Assembly (NCBI GenBank): GCA_002698225.1
Contig: NZWD01000008.1
Span: forward strand, 1 to 54,047
DNA: 54,047 bases
Direction of reading: 5' to 3'
Source: Methanobacteriota archaeon
GTDB taxonomy: Archaea > Thermoplasmatota > Poseidoniia > Poseidoniales > Thalassarchaeaceae
This document shows positions 38,921 through 48,335 of the stretch, one piece after another. The notes under the pieces are model-generated. The model was not told the origin of the DNA. It saw nothing but the letters and a program-made list of their open reading frames with translations, and did not search any database. Position numbers and translations under genes: made by a program. Position 1 is the first letter of the stretch. Each line of letters starts with the position of its first letter.

Positions 38921-39535
38921 TTGGATGAAAGTCTAGCCCCCCTAGTTCCGCTCGATGTGTACGAGCAGCATGCGGTCCACATAGGAACCAACCAGAAGTC
39001 AGCGGACATGCGAAAGTTCCTGGACACCATGCGCCAAGATGGTGGAGGACTACATCTGATTGATGTTCATCAGACCGATTCTCGTATCAGGACGGTAGCC
39101 AAGTTCCTGTCAAACTACGATCCCGAGAGGATTCTCGTCGTCAGCGCCCGCCAGTACGGCCAGCGCCCGGCTCGCAAGTTCGCCGAGTGTGTTGGTGCAA
39201 TGCGCATCGTTGGGCGCTTCATTCCAGGTACACTGACCAACTCCAGACTCAGAACATATGTCGAGCCTGAGGTGATTCTGGTTACCGATCCAGCAGCAGA
39301 CTCTCAAGCTCTCTCTGAGGCAGTCAGCTCTGGTTTACCAGTCGTCGGCATCTGTGACGCCAACAACAGGCTCCGAAATGTCGATCTAGTTCTTCCCGCC
39401 AATAACAAGGGTCGACTCTCGCTGGCTCTAATCTACTGGCTGCTTGCACGTGAGATGCTCAAGATAAGGAGCTCAATTTCAGACGCTGACTGGGAACGCT
39501 CCCAAAGCGTCGATGACTGGGAATCAACCTTCTGA
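38921..39535 (+). CDS. rps2: 30S ribosomal protein S2
   Basis: VHIGT.QK, RQYGQRP..KFA, GRFIPGTLTN, P.NNKGR.SL.LIYWLLARE; TTG start after GAGG. Confidence 0.95.
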   Translation: MDESLAPLVPLDVYEQHAVHIGTNQKSADMRKFLDTMRQDGGGLHLIDVHQTDSRIRTVAKFLSNYDPERILVVSARQYGQRPARKFAECVGAMRIVGRFIPGTLTNSRLRTYVEPEVILVTDPAADSQALSEAVSSGLPVVGICDANNRLRNVDLVLPANNKGRLSLALIYWLLAREMLKIRSSISDADWERSQSVDDWESTF

Positions 39536-39575
39536 GTCGCGACGAACTCATAGGTCTCCTACTGAACGGATTACC

Positions 39576-40556
39576 ATGTGGACTGCCAATCCCCCGCTAT
39601 TCCTTGCTCCGATGGCCGGCGTCACCGATCTGGCCTATCGACTGCTCGCTAGTGAGTGCGGAGCCGACTACACGGTCACTGAGTTCACAGCCGCATCCGG
39701 GCTTACGCGTAGGAATACGAACTCCTGGCTCAAGGTTGAGAGTGACCCGAGGGAGAGCCCTTTCATCCCACAGATATTCGGCGGTGATATCGACGAAATG
39801 GTAACCACAGTCAAGCTGCTGCAGGATCGTGCCGACATCATCGATCTCAACTTCGGTTGCCCCGCACCTAAGGTCTGCCGCAACGACGCTGGAGCGGCCC
39901 TTTTGCGTGACCCGGACAGAGTCGTGCAGATGGTAAGAGCATGCATCGAAGCCGCAGATGTCCCCATTACTGTGAAGATGCGGCTGGGAACGGGCAGCGG
40001 ACCGAATACAGCTCTAGAGATTTGCGAGAGACTAGAGGCCGAAGGAGTCGAGCGTATCTGTGTTCATGGACGAACCCTGAGGCAGCGCTATTCGGGTGAA
40101 TCCGACTGGTCTCAGATCAGGGATATCGTTCAGGCCGTTCAGATCCCAGTCATCGCTAACGGTGATGTCGTCGATGCTAAGACTACCGCTGCGTGTCTAG
40201 AGCAAACAGGTGCTGCTGGTCTGATGGTCGGCCGTGGAGCAATCGGCAGACCGACTTTATTCCATGAAATCAAGCGTGATCTCGGATGGTCAAATGACAA
40301 GCCTCCGTGGCGAGATGACGATCCAGCAGTAGCCAGATACTGGTGCTGGGAGAGGTACATCGAGCTGAGCTCGGAACTTTATCACGAACACTACAATAAG
40401 AATCTCAAGCGCCATGCGGTATCATTCACCAAGGGACTCCCCGGTGCGTCGGCAATGAGGGTTGAGTTACATTCTATTCACGACCAAAGGTTACTCGGTC
40501 GAAGAGTCTCGGAGTACCTAGAGAATCTCGCCTGCTCCCCTGAGGTGGTGGTCTGA
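39576..40556 (+). CDS. dusB: tRNA-dihydrouridine synthase (DusB-like)
   Basis: LAPMAGVTD, PQIFG, DLNFGCPA, TVKMR.G, VHGRT, IANGD, MVGRG. Confidence 0.9.
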   Translation: MWTANPPLFLAPMAGVTDLAYRLLASECGADYTVTEFTAASGLTRRNTNSWLKVESDPRESPFIPQIFGGDIDEMVTTVKLLQDRADIIDLNFGCPAPKVCRNDAGAALLRDPDRVVQMVRACIEAADVPITVKMRLGTGSGPNTALEICERLEAEGVERICVHGRTLRQRYSGESDWSQIRDIVQAVQIPVIANGDVVDAKTTAACLEQTGAAGLMVGRGAIGRPTLFHEIKRDLGWSNDKPPWRDDDPAVARYWCWERYIELSSELYHEHYNKNLKRHAVSFTKGLPGASAMRVELHSIHDQRLLGRRVSEYLENLACSPEVVV

Positions 40557-40918
40557 TGCATGATTCAATCAATGTCAGAGGTACTGAGTTGCAAGAGTGT
40601 TCTATCGAACCACTGACAGGATGGTTACGTGATGGATGCTGCAATACTGACGATAGAGACTTAGGATCGCATACTGTATGCGCGATAGTTACAGAGGAAT
40701 TCTTGCAATTCGCTCTATCTCTGGGTAATGACCTGATTACTCCAGCACCTCAATTCGGCTTCCCTGGCCTGAAGCCGGGAGACAGATGGTGTGTATGCGC
40801 TGGGACATGGCAGGATGCTGCCGAATCCGGGCTGGCATGCCCAGTAGTCTTGGAGGCTACTCATGAGGAGGCGTTAGCGGTCTGTGACCTTGAGATGCTG
40901 GAGACCCACGCTGTTTAA
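40556..40918 (+). CDS. DUF2237 family protein
   Basis: P.TGW.RDG.C.T...D.G.HTVCA, GNDL.TP.P..FPGLKPGDRWCVCA; TGATG overlap with dus. Confidence 0.88.
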   Translation: MHDSINVRGTELQECSIEPLTGWLRDGCCNTDDRDLGSHTVCAIVTEEFLQFALSLGNDLITPAPQFGFPGLKPGDRWCVCAGTWQDAAESGLACPVVLEATHEEALAVCDLEMLETHAV

Positions 40919-42009
40919 TTCTCAGATATCACGAGAGCCTCGTCAAGCCTCTGTGCTACAGTTTTCATCCTCCGTAGAGTTCTCTCAGCCCTTCTCATCA
41001 CTACCTCTCTGATCGCAGAACCGTCCTTACCTGCAACCCTAATTCCATACGGCATTCTACCTCCAAGAGTATTGAGTAGGATTCGTTGAGCGTCTAGATT
41101 AACCGGTTCGAGTATTGACTGCACCTTGTCAGAATCTAATGATTTCTTGCGAACTCCAGCAATCAAGGATTTGGATACCGAATCATCCAGTCTCCCCAAA
41201 CCCCCTCTTGTCATTAGCCAATCCTCACCTCTTGCATCGTTCTGCCTCATCAATCCAGCATAGATGTCCTGAGCTAGACGCTCCAGCATGGGCACTCTCT
41301 CTACGATTCCCGCTGCTCTCATACGCTCCACTGAACGCTGTACTCTTGACCGCGAATCTCCGACCTTCTCAGATAGTGCTAGTAGACTAACTGCGGTACT
41401 GCTACCTGCCAATTCTTCAAGCAGCGTGCGCGACAAACCGTCACCCTTCTTCGCTCGTTCTCCATTGAGTCCAAGCTCGCGCACCAAAGCATCGAGAGTG
41501 TCCTCTCCCTCGACTAATGCTCTAGGCTCTGCTACCTCGATACGGAAACCGTGCTCTTCTTCCTCAGAAGGCACACCCATCCTGTCTTTGGAATCGGAGA
41601 CAAAGGATGAGAGGAGACTGAGTCGTTGATTCAGTATGACTTTGGCTTGAGCGGAGATTAGTTCCATCGAAGCGGACATCGATCCTCCACGCAGAACATG
41701 GACATGCCACCGGTCATCGGTTTGGGTTGCGACGAGACCGGATTCACGTAGTTTGACCAGTTGGTGATGGACGCCTGTTTGGGATAGCCCGCTTACATCA
41801 CTGATTGACTTAGTATCCCACCCCCTCAGTGGCTCTGCTAGGAATGTTAGTCCCATCATACGGTGAAGCGCACCCTGCTCGTCATCGACGCTGATACCGT
41901 CGCTCTTGCGCCTCACTAGACCCATAGAATCGAGCATCCAGGCAAGCAGGACATCAGGGTCCCGACTTCCCGTAGGCATCGCTGATTCAGTCAACCTGAC
42001 TCTGAACAT
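40915..42009 (-). CDS. Two-domain winged-helix putative transcriptional regulator
   Basis: Internally duplicated halves, each with an HTH (SGLSQTGVHHQLVKLRESGLV; GDSRSRVQRSVERMRAAGIV). Confidence 0.7.
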   Translation of the reverse strand: MFRVRLTESAMPTGSRDPDVLLAWMLDSMGLVRRKSDGISVDDEQGALHRMMGLTFLAEPLRGWDTKSISDVSGLSQTGVHHQLVKLRESGLVATQTDDRWHVHVLRGGSMSASMELISAQAKVILNQRLSLLSSFVSDSKDRMGVPSEEEEHGFRIEVAEPRALVEGEDTLDALVRELGLNGERAKKGDGLSRTLLEELAGSSTAVSLLALSEKVGDSRSRVQRSVERMRAAGIVERVPMLERLAQDIYAGLMRQNDARGEDWLMTRGGLGRLDDSVSKSLIAGVRKKSLDSDKVQSILEPVNLDAQRILLNTLGGRMPYGIRVAGKDGSAIREVVMRRAERTLRRMKTVAQRLDEALVISEN

Positions 42010-42065
42010 GCGCGCTCCGCGCGCATCCCTAGGCACAAGAGGCTTAGCCAAGATGTGGGACACAC

Positions 42066-42737
42066 TCAGGCGTATTCGGCCCGGATATCGAGCCACGGGT
42101 AATCGACTTGTGAGGTCTGCAGACCGGACAGGTGAGGGGCTAAAGATAGCCCAGAGGCGCCGACTATGCCGCGTTGGCGGAGAACCCCGATTGCAGAATG
42201 AACCGAGGCTCTAGAACGACCGAGATCCCGGGCCAATTCGGCTTGTGAAGCGGGCTTGGGCATCCTAGATAGCCTGGCAACGACTTTTCTCTGTACTGTC
42301 GAAAGTCCGACAGGTAGCATCTCAGCTGCTCTGGCTTGATCGGTGACACCAGTACCGGCGAGAATCTCCACCTGAGAAGGAGCTCCAGCGTAGTAACATG
42401 TCCGTCCATTGACAGACATCGTGGTCACCGAACGCTCGTTGATTAAAACATCTAGATGATGCCTCAATGTACCGTTAGCAGCATCGAGTTGCCGCTGCAA
42501 CTCCCTGTAGTGGATACCAGGAGAACGCTCGAGAGTAGACAGGATGTTTCTCCTCAGCGGATGCTCCCATGAATGATCGTGAGGCGCAGCCAGAGTACCC
42601 TCAGAGACTGGAACTAACATCGGAATCAGACCGCCTAGGCCGATTACTCCACCTCCAACTGCGGCCAGCCCGTCGAAGAACCAAGAACGCTTACTGCGCC
42701 ACTGTTCAAGCAGAGCCATGACTCTGTTCCTCGACAT
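42066..42737 (-). CDS. Double-HTH transcriptional regulator (COG3398-like) with N-terminal hydrophobic segment
   Basis: HPLRRNIL..L...PGIHYREL...L....GTLRHHL..L and second HTH SQAELARDLGRSRASV; start uncertain. Confidence 0.75.
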   Translation of the reverse strand: MSRNRVMALLEQWRSKRSWFFDGLAAVGGGVIGLGGLIPMLVPVSEGTLAAPHDHSWEHPLRRNILSTLERSPGIHYRELQRQLDAANGTLRHHLDVLINERSVTTMSVNGRTCYYAGAPSQVEILAGTGVTDQARAAEMLPVGLSTVQRKVVARLSRMPKPASQAELARDLGRSRASVHSAIGVLRQRGIVGASGLSLAPHLSGLQTSQVDYPWLDIRAEYA

Positions 42738-42789
42738 ACGACCTTTGAAGCATACGGTCCGGTGTATCACCAATGCTCTCGGTTGCAGC

Positions 42790-43245
42790 TCAATTTGGCC
42801 CGACCACACGACCCTGTTGGATCTTCATGTAAGCCACTAGGGGACTTAGCAGCCTACCTGCCTCACGCCCGTGGTCGGTAAGCCTGTAGATGACACGGAT
42901 TGGAGGGCCATCATCGACTATCCTGTCGACAAGCCCATTCTCCACGCATGTGGTAAGTTTGTCGGACAGCGTCCTGCTGCTTATGCCACGCAGAAGTTTC
43001 CTCATCTCGTTGAATCTGCGATCACCTGCAATGTATAGAGTAGCGAGAATCTCTATTGCCCACTTCGAGCTGAAAATCGAGAATGCTTCTACGGCTGCGT
43101 CGACTTCCCAAGAAACATCGAACTCTTCGTTGTTATATTCTCCAAACAACCGGCGAACCATCGCTCCATTGCCCTCAACTTCCTCAAGAGCCTCTTCGAT
43201 TTTTTTCAAATCACTCGCGGTTATTCGCATAGGGTCAGAGGCCAT
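42790..43245 (-). CDS. HxlR (DUF24) family transcriptional regulator
   Basis: KWAIEIL..L....RRFNEM...L.GISSRTLS.KL....GLV.R.....PP.RV.Y.LT..G. Confidence 0.9.
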   Translation of the reverse strand: MASDPMRITASDLKKIEEALEEVEGNGAMVRRLFGEYNNEEFDVSWEVDAAVEAFSIFSSKWAIEILATLYIAGDRRFNEMRKLLRGISSRTLSDKLTTCVENGLVDRIVDDGPPIRVIYRLTDHGREAGRLLSPLVAYMKIQQGRVVGPN

Positions 43246-43271
43246 AGTAACAGGTTGTCGAGAAGGTATCT

Positions 43272-43356
43272 AGTGTATAAAATGCACTTCGGTGTAATCG
43301 CGAATACTAGCCGCTTGAAATATAGGTTGCTAGAGGTTGGTGTGTAAACCGCACTT
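43272..43356. promoter_or_regulatory. Divergent promoter with two related imperfect 7-3-7 palindromes (putative HxlR operators)
   Basis: AGTGTATAAAATGCACTT (43272-43289) and GGTGTGTAAACCGCACTT (43339-43356) are 14/18 identical. TATA-like TTTTATAC on the minus strand and TTGAAATATA on the plus strand. Confidence 0.55.
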
Positions 43357-43374
43357 GGTTACAGGAGGAAACTT

Positions 43375-43527
43375 ATGGAGAGAATGATGCAGAACTGGTT
43401 GGACCAGACTATTGACGAAAGCGCGACTCTGGTGAAGGTCCAGAGAATCAGCCTGAGGAGAATGCTGTTCGCAGCTATAGCAAACTATCGAGCCCCTGCT
43501 TGGGTTCAGTCGCCACGAAGGATATGA
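43375..43527 (+). CDS. Small hypothetical protein (50 aa), not in ORF track
   Basis: AGGAGG SD 6 nt upstream of ATG. MERMMQNWLDQTIDESATLVKVQRISLRRMLFAAIANYRAPAWVQSPRRI; the stop abuts the stop of the next minus-strand gene. Confidence 0.6.
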   Translation: MERMMQNWLDQTIDESATLVKVQRISLRRMLFAAIANYRAPAWVQSPRRI

Positions 43528-45588
43528 TTACGAACCCGAATACTCGGGTCGGCGCCCTTCAATCAGGGCACTGAGTCCCTCTAGAGCGTCTGAAGTATTG
43601 AAGATCTCATCAAGTCCTTCGAGTTCACTCTCGAGGCCGGATTCCATATCTGAGCGAGTAGCAATATCCAGTAAATCACTCGCCATCGAGAGTGCGATTG
43701 GCGCGGCACGAGACAGCGACTTGAGTTGCCTCGAGACCATCTTGTCCTCGATGTCGAATTCGTCAGGAAGACTTCCTGCCAGCAGAGAAGAAATGTTTCC
43801 ATCGGAATAGAATGAGGTGGCGAAGGCAACGATTGGGTTGTCGGGTTCAGTAGGTCGATTGAGGTACTTTTCTCCGGGCTTGCCGTGCGATACTATCTCT
43901 GCTAGGGTGGCTTCTACAGCTGAAGGATCGACTAGATGGGTCAGCAGACCGAGAGCCTTGGCGGAAGAAGCATCGAGGAAGTTTCCAGCCAGCACTGCGT
44001 AGCGTGCGCACTCGACCCCACAGATTCGCGGCGTTCGCTGAGTGCCTCCCAGTCCTGGATAGATTCCAATCCCAGTCTCGGGGAACCTAAATTGGGTTCT
44101 GCGGGTACCTACTCTGTAATCACAGGCAAGAGCGAGCTCAAGCCCTCCGCCGAGCGCTAATCCAGTGGTCAGTGCTATGGTGGTCTTCGGACTGCTCTCC
44201 AATTTGTCAAGGACAGCGTGTCCGTGCGCGGTGAAGTCGTAAATATCGGCAATCACACCGGCTCTGATTTTGTCTACGAAGAACTTGACATCTGCTCCGG
44301 CCACGAAGGCCTTACCAGCTCCTTCCAGCGCGATCGCAGTCACATCATCTCGGATGTTCAGTTTGTCCAATGCATCTCCGAGTTGCGAAACGACTGTCAC
44401 ATTCAGTGCATTCATCGCTTCGGGCCTATTGATTCGGACCGAGGCGATACCGTTCTGGATTGATACATCGATGTATGAAAAATCGAAAGATTCCTGCCTG
44501 TCGGAGAACCATTCGGGCAGTTCCAAGCGTGCCTCATCAGAGTATGCTGATGCCATCCTTACAGCCTCGCTCACGCCTATGCGATTAGCAATCTCAAACG
44601 GCCCAAGTGCCCAGCGAAGGCCGACCTTAGCGCCCCTGTCGACATCTTCCATCGAGCATATACCCTCGGCTACAATCTGGGACGAGACTGCGAAGACCTG
44701 TCCGAGCAGACGCTCACGAATCTTTGTGGCGACCTCTTCACTGCAATCCTCGTCCTCATCAATCTCCCATGTCCTACCCTCAGCGACCAGATTTCGCAGG
44801 CTCTGAGTCGCAGAGTATCGCGGTGTATCCAACTGAGCTGCTAGATAGTCGGTGGCGTGCATCGCTATCGGAGAGCCAGTCAGATTCATCAGAGCGAATG
44901 GGCCGAGACCGATTCGAAACGCCTGACGAGCCACAGCATCAATTTGGCCAGTCGTACCGACACCCTCCTCAAGCAACTTGCAAGCCTCGTTCAGCCATGG
45001 CACGAAGAACCGGTTGACGACGAAACCAGGTCTGTCCTTGCAGACGATGACGACCTTACCCATCGTTTTGCAGTACTGCTCCACTGCTGCAAGTGTCTCG
45101 GAAGAGGTGGTTTCTGCAGGGATGATTTCCACTAGTCTGTTCTTGGCCGGGTGGTAGAAGAAGTGCAGGCCTACAAAACGGTCTGGCCTACCAACAGCTT
45201 CAGCCAGGTCGTTTACTGAGAGGGAAGAAGTATTGCTAGCAAGGATAGTTTGCTCCTCGCACACTTCGTCGAGGATGCCGAAAACTTCCGTCTTAACATC
45301 AAAGTCCTCGAACACGGCCTCGATGACAAGATCAGTGTCTGGTGAAACATTCTCAGTGCCGACCACACCTGCTACTCGCCCCTTGATTCCCTCAACCTCA
45401 GCGGGAGAAAAAATCCTGCGTCCTACAGCCTCTTCGAGGAATTCTGACATTGTCTGCTTTCCTTTGTCGACCCATTGCTGCTCACGGTCCACCATCTGGA
45501 CATCGAAGTGCTCCTGAGCACTTTTCTGAGCGATTCCGGAGCCCATGTTTCCGGCTCCGATTATCGCTATCCTCTCGATGGTGCGCAT
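43528..45588 (-). CDS. 3-hydroxyacyl-CoA dehydrogenase / enoyl-CoA hydratase fusion
   Basis: GAGNMGSGIA, EAVFED, ASNTSS, GLHFF.P, PGFVVNR; crotonase part NRPEAMNAL, AGAD, GGGLELALACD, PE. Confidence 0.93.
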   Translation of the reverse strand: MRTIERIAIIGAGNMGSGIAQKSAQEHFDVQMVDREQQWVDKGKQTMSEFLEEAVGRRIFSPAEVEGIKGRVAGVVGTENVSPDTDLVIEAVFEDFDVKTEVFGILDEVCEEQTILASNTSSLSVNDLAEAVGRPDRFVGLHFFYHPAKNRLVEIIPAETTSSETLAAVEQYCKTMGKVVIVCKDRPGFVVNRFFVPWLNEACKLLEEGVGTTGQIDAVARQAFRIGLGPFALMNLTGSPIAMHATDYLAAQLDTPRYSATQSLRNLVAEGRTWEIDEDEDCSEEVATKIRERLLGQVFAVSSQIVAEGICSMEDVDRGAKVGLRWALGPFEIANRIGVSEAVRMASAYSDEARLELPEWFSDRQESFDFSYIDVSIQNGIASVRINRPEAMNALNVTVVSQLGDALDKLNIRDDVTAIALEGAGKAFVAGADVKFFVDKIRAGVIADIYDFTAHGHAVLDKLESSPKTTIALTTGLALGGGLELALACDYRVGTRRTQFRFPETGIGIYPGLGGTQRTPRICGVECARYAVLAGNFLDASSAKALGLLTHLVDPSAVEATLAEIVSHGKPGEKYLNRPTEPDNPIVAFATSFYSDGNISSLLAGSLPDEFDIEDKMVSRQLKSLSRAAPIALSMASDLLDIATRSDMESGLESELEGLDEIFNTSDALEGLSALIEGRRPEYSGS

Positions 45589-45692
45589 GACCCACCGACC
45601 TGCATACAATCCATCAATGCAGCGGATGACACATCTCGATAGCAATTGCGTGTCGCCGTGAACTTATTCAGCCGGCCCGCGCACGCCCGCGT

Positions 45693-48335
45693 ATGCGAGT
45701 AGGTAATCGAGCCGCTGCACTTCTAGTTGTACTACTACTAGTCTCTCTACCTCATACCGTATACTCACAGTCATCCGGGATGACAGGCCGGTCCGTATCC
45801 GGCTGCACCTGCCATTCCAACACAGCCACCCTCTCACCCACTCTCAGTGGCCTCCCTTGGGGAGCAGGGGGGTACACGCCCGGATCTGCCTACTCTCTGA
45901 TTTGGGACGGTGGGCCACACATTTCGGGAGACGGCGGATTCAATCTCGATGCCACTGCCGGTTTGTGGTCCAATCTCGGATCGCAAGTTCAACTGTCTAG
46001 TGGTGAGCTGACCCACAGCAGCGACTCCCTACGCTCATGGTCAGCCGATTGGACAGCTCCTGCAGCTGGTACTGGTGATGTCACTTTCAATCTGGCAGTG
46101 CTGTATGCTAACGGCAATGGCCAGAATTCTGGAGACTCATGGGGCACTGGAACATGGACTCTCTCTGAGGCCGGAGGCTCAGGTGGCACTCCTCCAGTTG
46201 CCTCCAATGTAACCTATGTTCCCAATAGCCCGACCAAGGCCACTGGCCTAGGGGTCTCGTATGATTACCACGACGATGATGGAGACTCCGAGCAAGGTAC
46301 ACAGATCAAGTGGTGGAGGGATGGACTCAGAATCAGTGCTATCGATGATATGACCAATGTGCCCAATAACTGGATATCAAGGGGCCAGCAGTGGCAGGTG
46401 GAGGTCACTCCTTCTGATGTAAACGAGGATGGTGACCCAGTACTGCTCTCACCAGTCACTATCGGGAACACCATACCAGTAGCCAGAGATCTCTCACTAA
46501 CTCCCATCGATGCCTTGGAGAATGATGATCTTGATTTCGATTACGATTACTATGACCTCGACGGTAATCCACAGCAGAACACAGAGATTCGATGGTACCT
46601 AGATGGGGCCAGAATCGCTGAGTTAGATGATCAATCCATCGTCTCCAGCCTATGGACGCGCTCAGGCGATGAGTGGCAGGTTTCTGTAAAACCTCACGAT
46701 GGGACCGACTATGGTGACATTGTTTGGACGGCGACCATCGTCATCGGATCCTCAAACACCCAGCCATCTGCCACAGCTTACATCACACCCTCAGGTAACG
46801 CGATTACCAGCAACTCCTTGCAGGTATTAGTCGGATACAGCGACCCCGATGGCGACCCAAAAACCTCTACGGAGATTAGGTGGCTACGCGATGGCACTCA
46901 GATATCTGCATACAACGATCAGACTGTTGTACCGTCTGATGCCACATCCAAAGATCAGGAGTGGGTCGCAGAAGTGAGAGTATCTGATGGTCTGATGTGG
47001 TCTGATTGGGTTACTACAGACCCTGTCTTGATACTGAATACTCCTCCAGTTGTGACTTCTATTTCCATGCTTCCTGAAGGCGATTTGTACACTACTGCCA
47101 ACTTGACTGTAGTATGGGAACAGACCGATATAGACGGCGATTCAGAGTCCGGCAGCCAGATTCGCTGGTGGGTGAATGGTAATTGGATTCAGGACTACAA
47201 CGATATGATTACAGTACCAAATTCGGAGACTGTCAGAGACCAACACTGGGCAGTTCAGGTCATCCCCGGTGATGGAGATGGTTTTGGAACCTCGATGAAG
47301 ACGACATCTCGAGCAATACTCAATGCTCCACCGAATCCACCTGAAATCTCCCTTGGGGGTGACTTCGGGACTACAGAACTCGGGGTTCCAGATGCTCTAC
47401 ACAATTTGGTAGCTCAGCCAACATCGAACGACCCGGATGAGGAAACTGTCTTGTTTGACTACCAGTGGTCGAGGAATGGCTTCCGTGTACCTGACCTAGA
47501 CGGCCATTCAACCGTAACTTCTGACAGGCTAGAGCCTGGCCAAACATGGGAGGTTACAGTCTTCGCAAATGACCCGTGGGGACTGTCTTCCTCAGCATCC
47601 CAACTCGTTATGATAGCCAACCTACCACCAGTGGCAGATTGGTCGACCTCTCCCGAACCTGCCGTACCAGGTGCTGAGTTCTCTTTAGACGCAAGTGGAG
47701 CCATAGACCCCGATGGCGAGGTTGTAGCATGGTTCTGGACCGTCAATGGAGTGAGCCTCTCGGGTGCATCCATAGATGTCCTACTTCCTGGGGGCGTCCA
47801 TACTGTAACTCTCACGGTAATCGACGACATGGGTTCCTCAGATACCCATGAGAGCGAATTGGTACTGGGTCCAGTGAGCATAGTCTCAGATCTTAGCGCC
47901 ACTTTGGACGGTACCGAGGTCAGCCTCTCCTGGTCCGGATCTTCTTCGGAATATCGAGTCTATCGCTCCACCAGTCCAATCACAACCGTGGTTGGCCTGA
48001 CGGCTCTCGAACCAGTTCCAGCATGGGGAGAACCGATGCCTCTTGAAATGGAACCCGTCGGTGTGACAATAGACTCGCAATGGGGCGAGACCGCCCCGGT
48101 CGCCACTACTCTCTACTACGCAGTTACATCGACCGTCGACGGACTCGAGGTTGTTTGGGTTGTTGAAGGAGAGAATATGGTTAGCATAGATGCCACATCT
48201 GCTGCGGAAGCGGTCGACACGGATCCAATGGGCTCTACCAAACTACTGGTTCTGCCAGTTTCGGCAATCATGGTTCTCCTAGGGGCAGCCGCTGTTGCAA
48301 TATCGGTTACTGAGACTAGAAGGAGGTCACCTTGA
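45693..48335 (+). CDS. Large membrane-anchored surface protein: Reeler-like/choice-of-anchor V head with CxCH, Ig-like repeats, PKD, C-terminal TM
   Basis: Signal peptide, GCTCH, YTPG..Y, GGF.L, LTH, W.APAAGTGDVTF...ANGNG..SGD. About five ~95-aa repeats (DxDGD...I.W..DG...W.V.V.P.DG), PKD (DPDG.VV.W.W), TM + RRR. Confidence 0.8.
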   Translation: MRVGNRAAALLVVLLLVSLPHTVYSQSSGMTGRSVSGCTCHSNTATLSPTLSGLPWGAGGYTPGSAYSLIWDGGPHISGDGGFNLDATAGLWSNLGSQVQLSSGELTHSSDSLRSWSADWTAPAAGTGDVTFNLAVLYANGNGQNSGDSWGTGTWTLSEAGGSGGTPPVASNVTYVPNSPTKATGLGVSYDYHDDDGDSEQGTQIKWWRDGLRISAIDDMTNVPNNWISRGQQWQVEVTPSDVNEDGDPVLLSPVTIGNTIPVARDLSLTPIDALENDDLDFDYDYYDLDGNPQQNTEIRWYLDGARIAELDDQSIVSSLWTRSGDEWQVSVKPHDGTDYGDIVWTATIVIGSSNTQPSATAYITPSGNAITSNSLQVLVGYSDPDGDPKTSTEIRWLRDGTQISAYNDQTVVPSDATSKDQEWVAEVRVSDGLMWSDWVTTDPVLILNTPPVVTSISMLPEGDLYTTANLTVVWEQTDIDGDSESGSQIRWWVNGNWIQDYNDMITVPNSETVRDQHWAVQVIPGDGDGFGTSMKTTSRAILNAPPNPPEISLGGDFGTTELGVPDALHNLVAQPTSNDPDEETVLFDYQWSRNGFRVPDLDGHSTVTSDRLEPGQTWEVTVFANDPWGLSSSASQLVMIANLPPVADWSTSPEPAVPGAEFSLDASGAIDPDGEVVAWFWTVNGVSLSGASIDVLLPGGVHTVTLTVIDDMGSSDTHESELVLGPVSIVSDLSATLDGTEVSLSWSGSSSEYRVYRSTSPITTVVGLTALEPVPAWGEPMPLEMEPVGVTIDSQWGETAPVATTLYYAVTSTVDGLEVVWVVEGENMVSIDATSAAEAVDTDPMGSTKLLVLPVSAIMVLLGAAAVAISVTETRRRSP

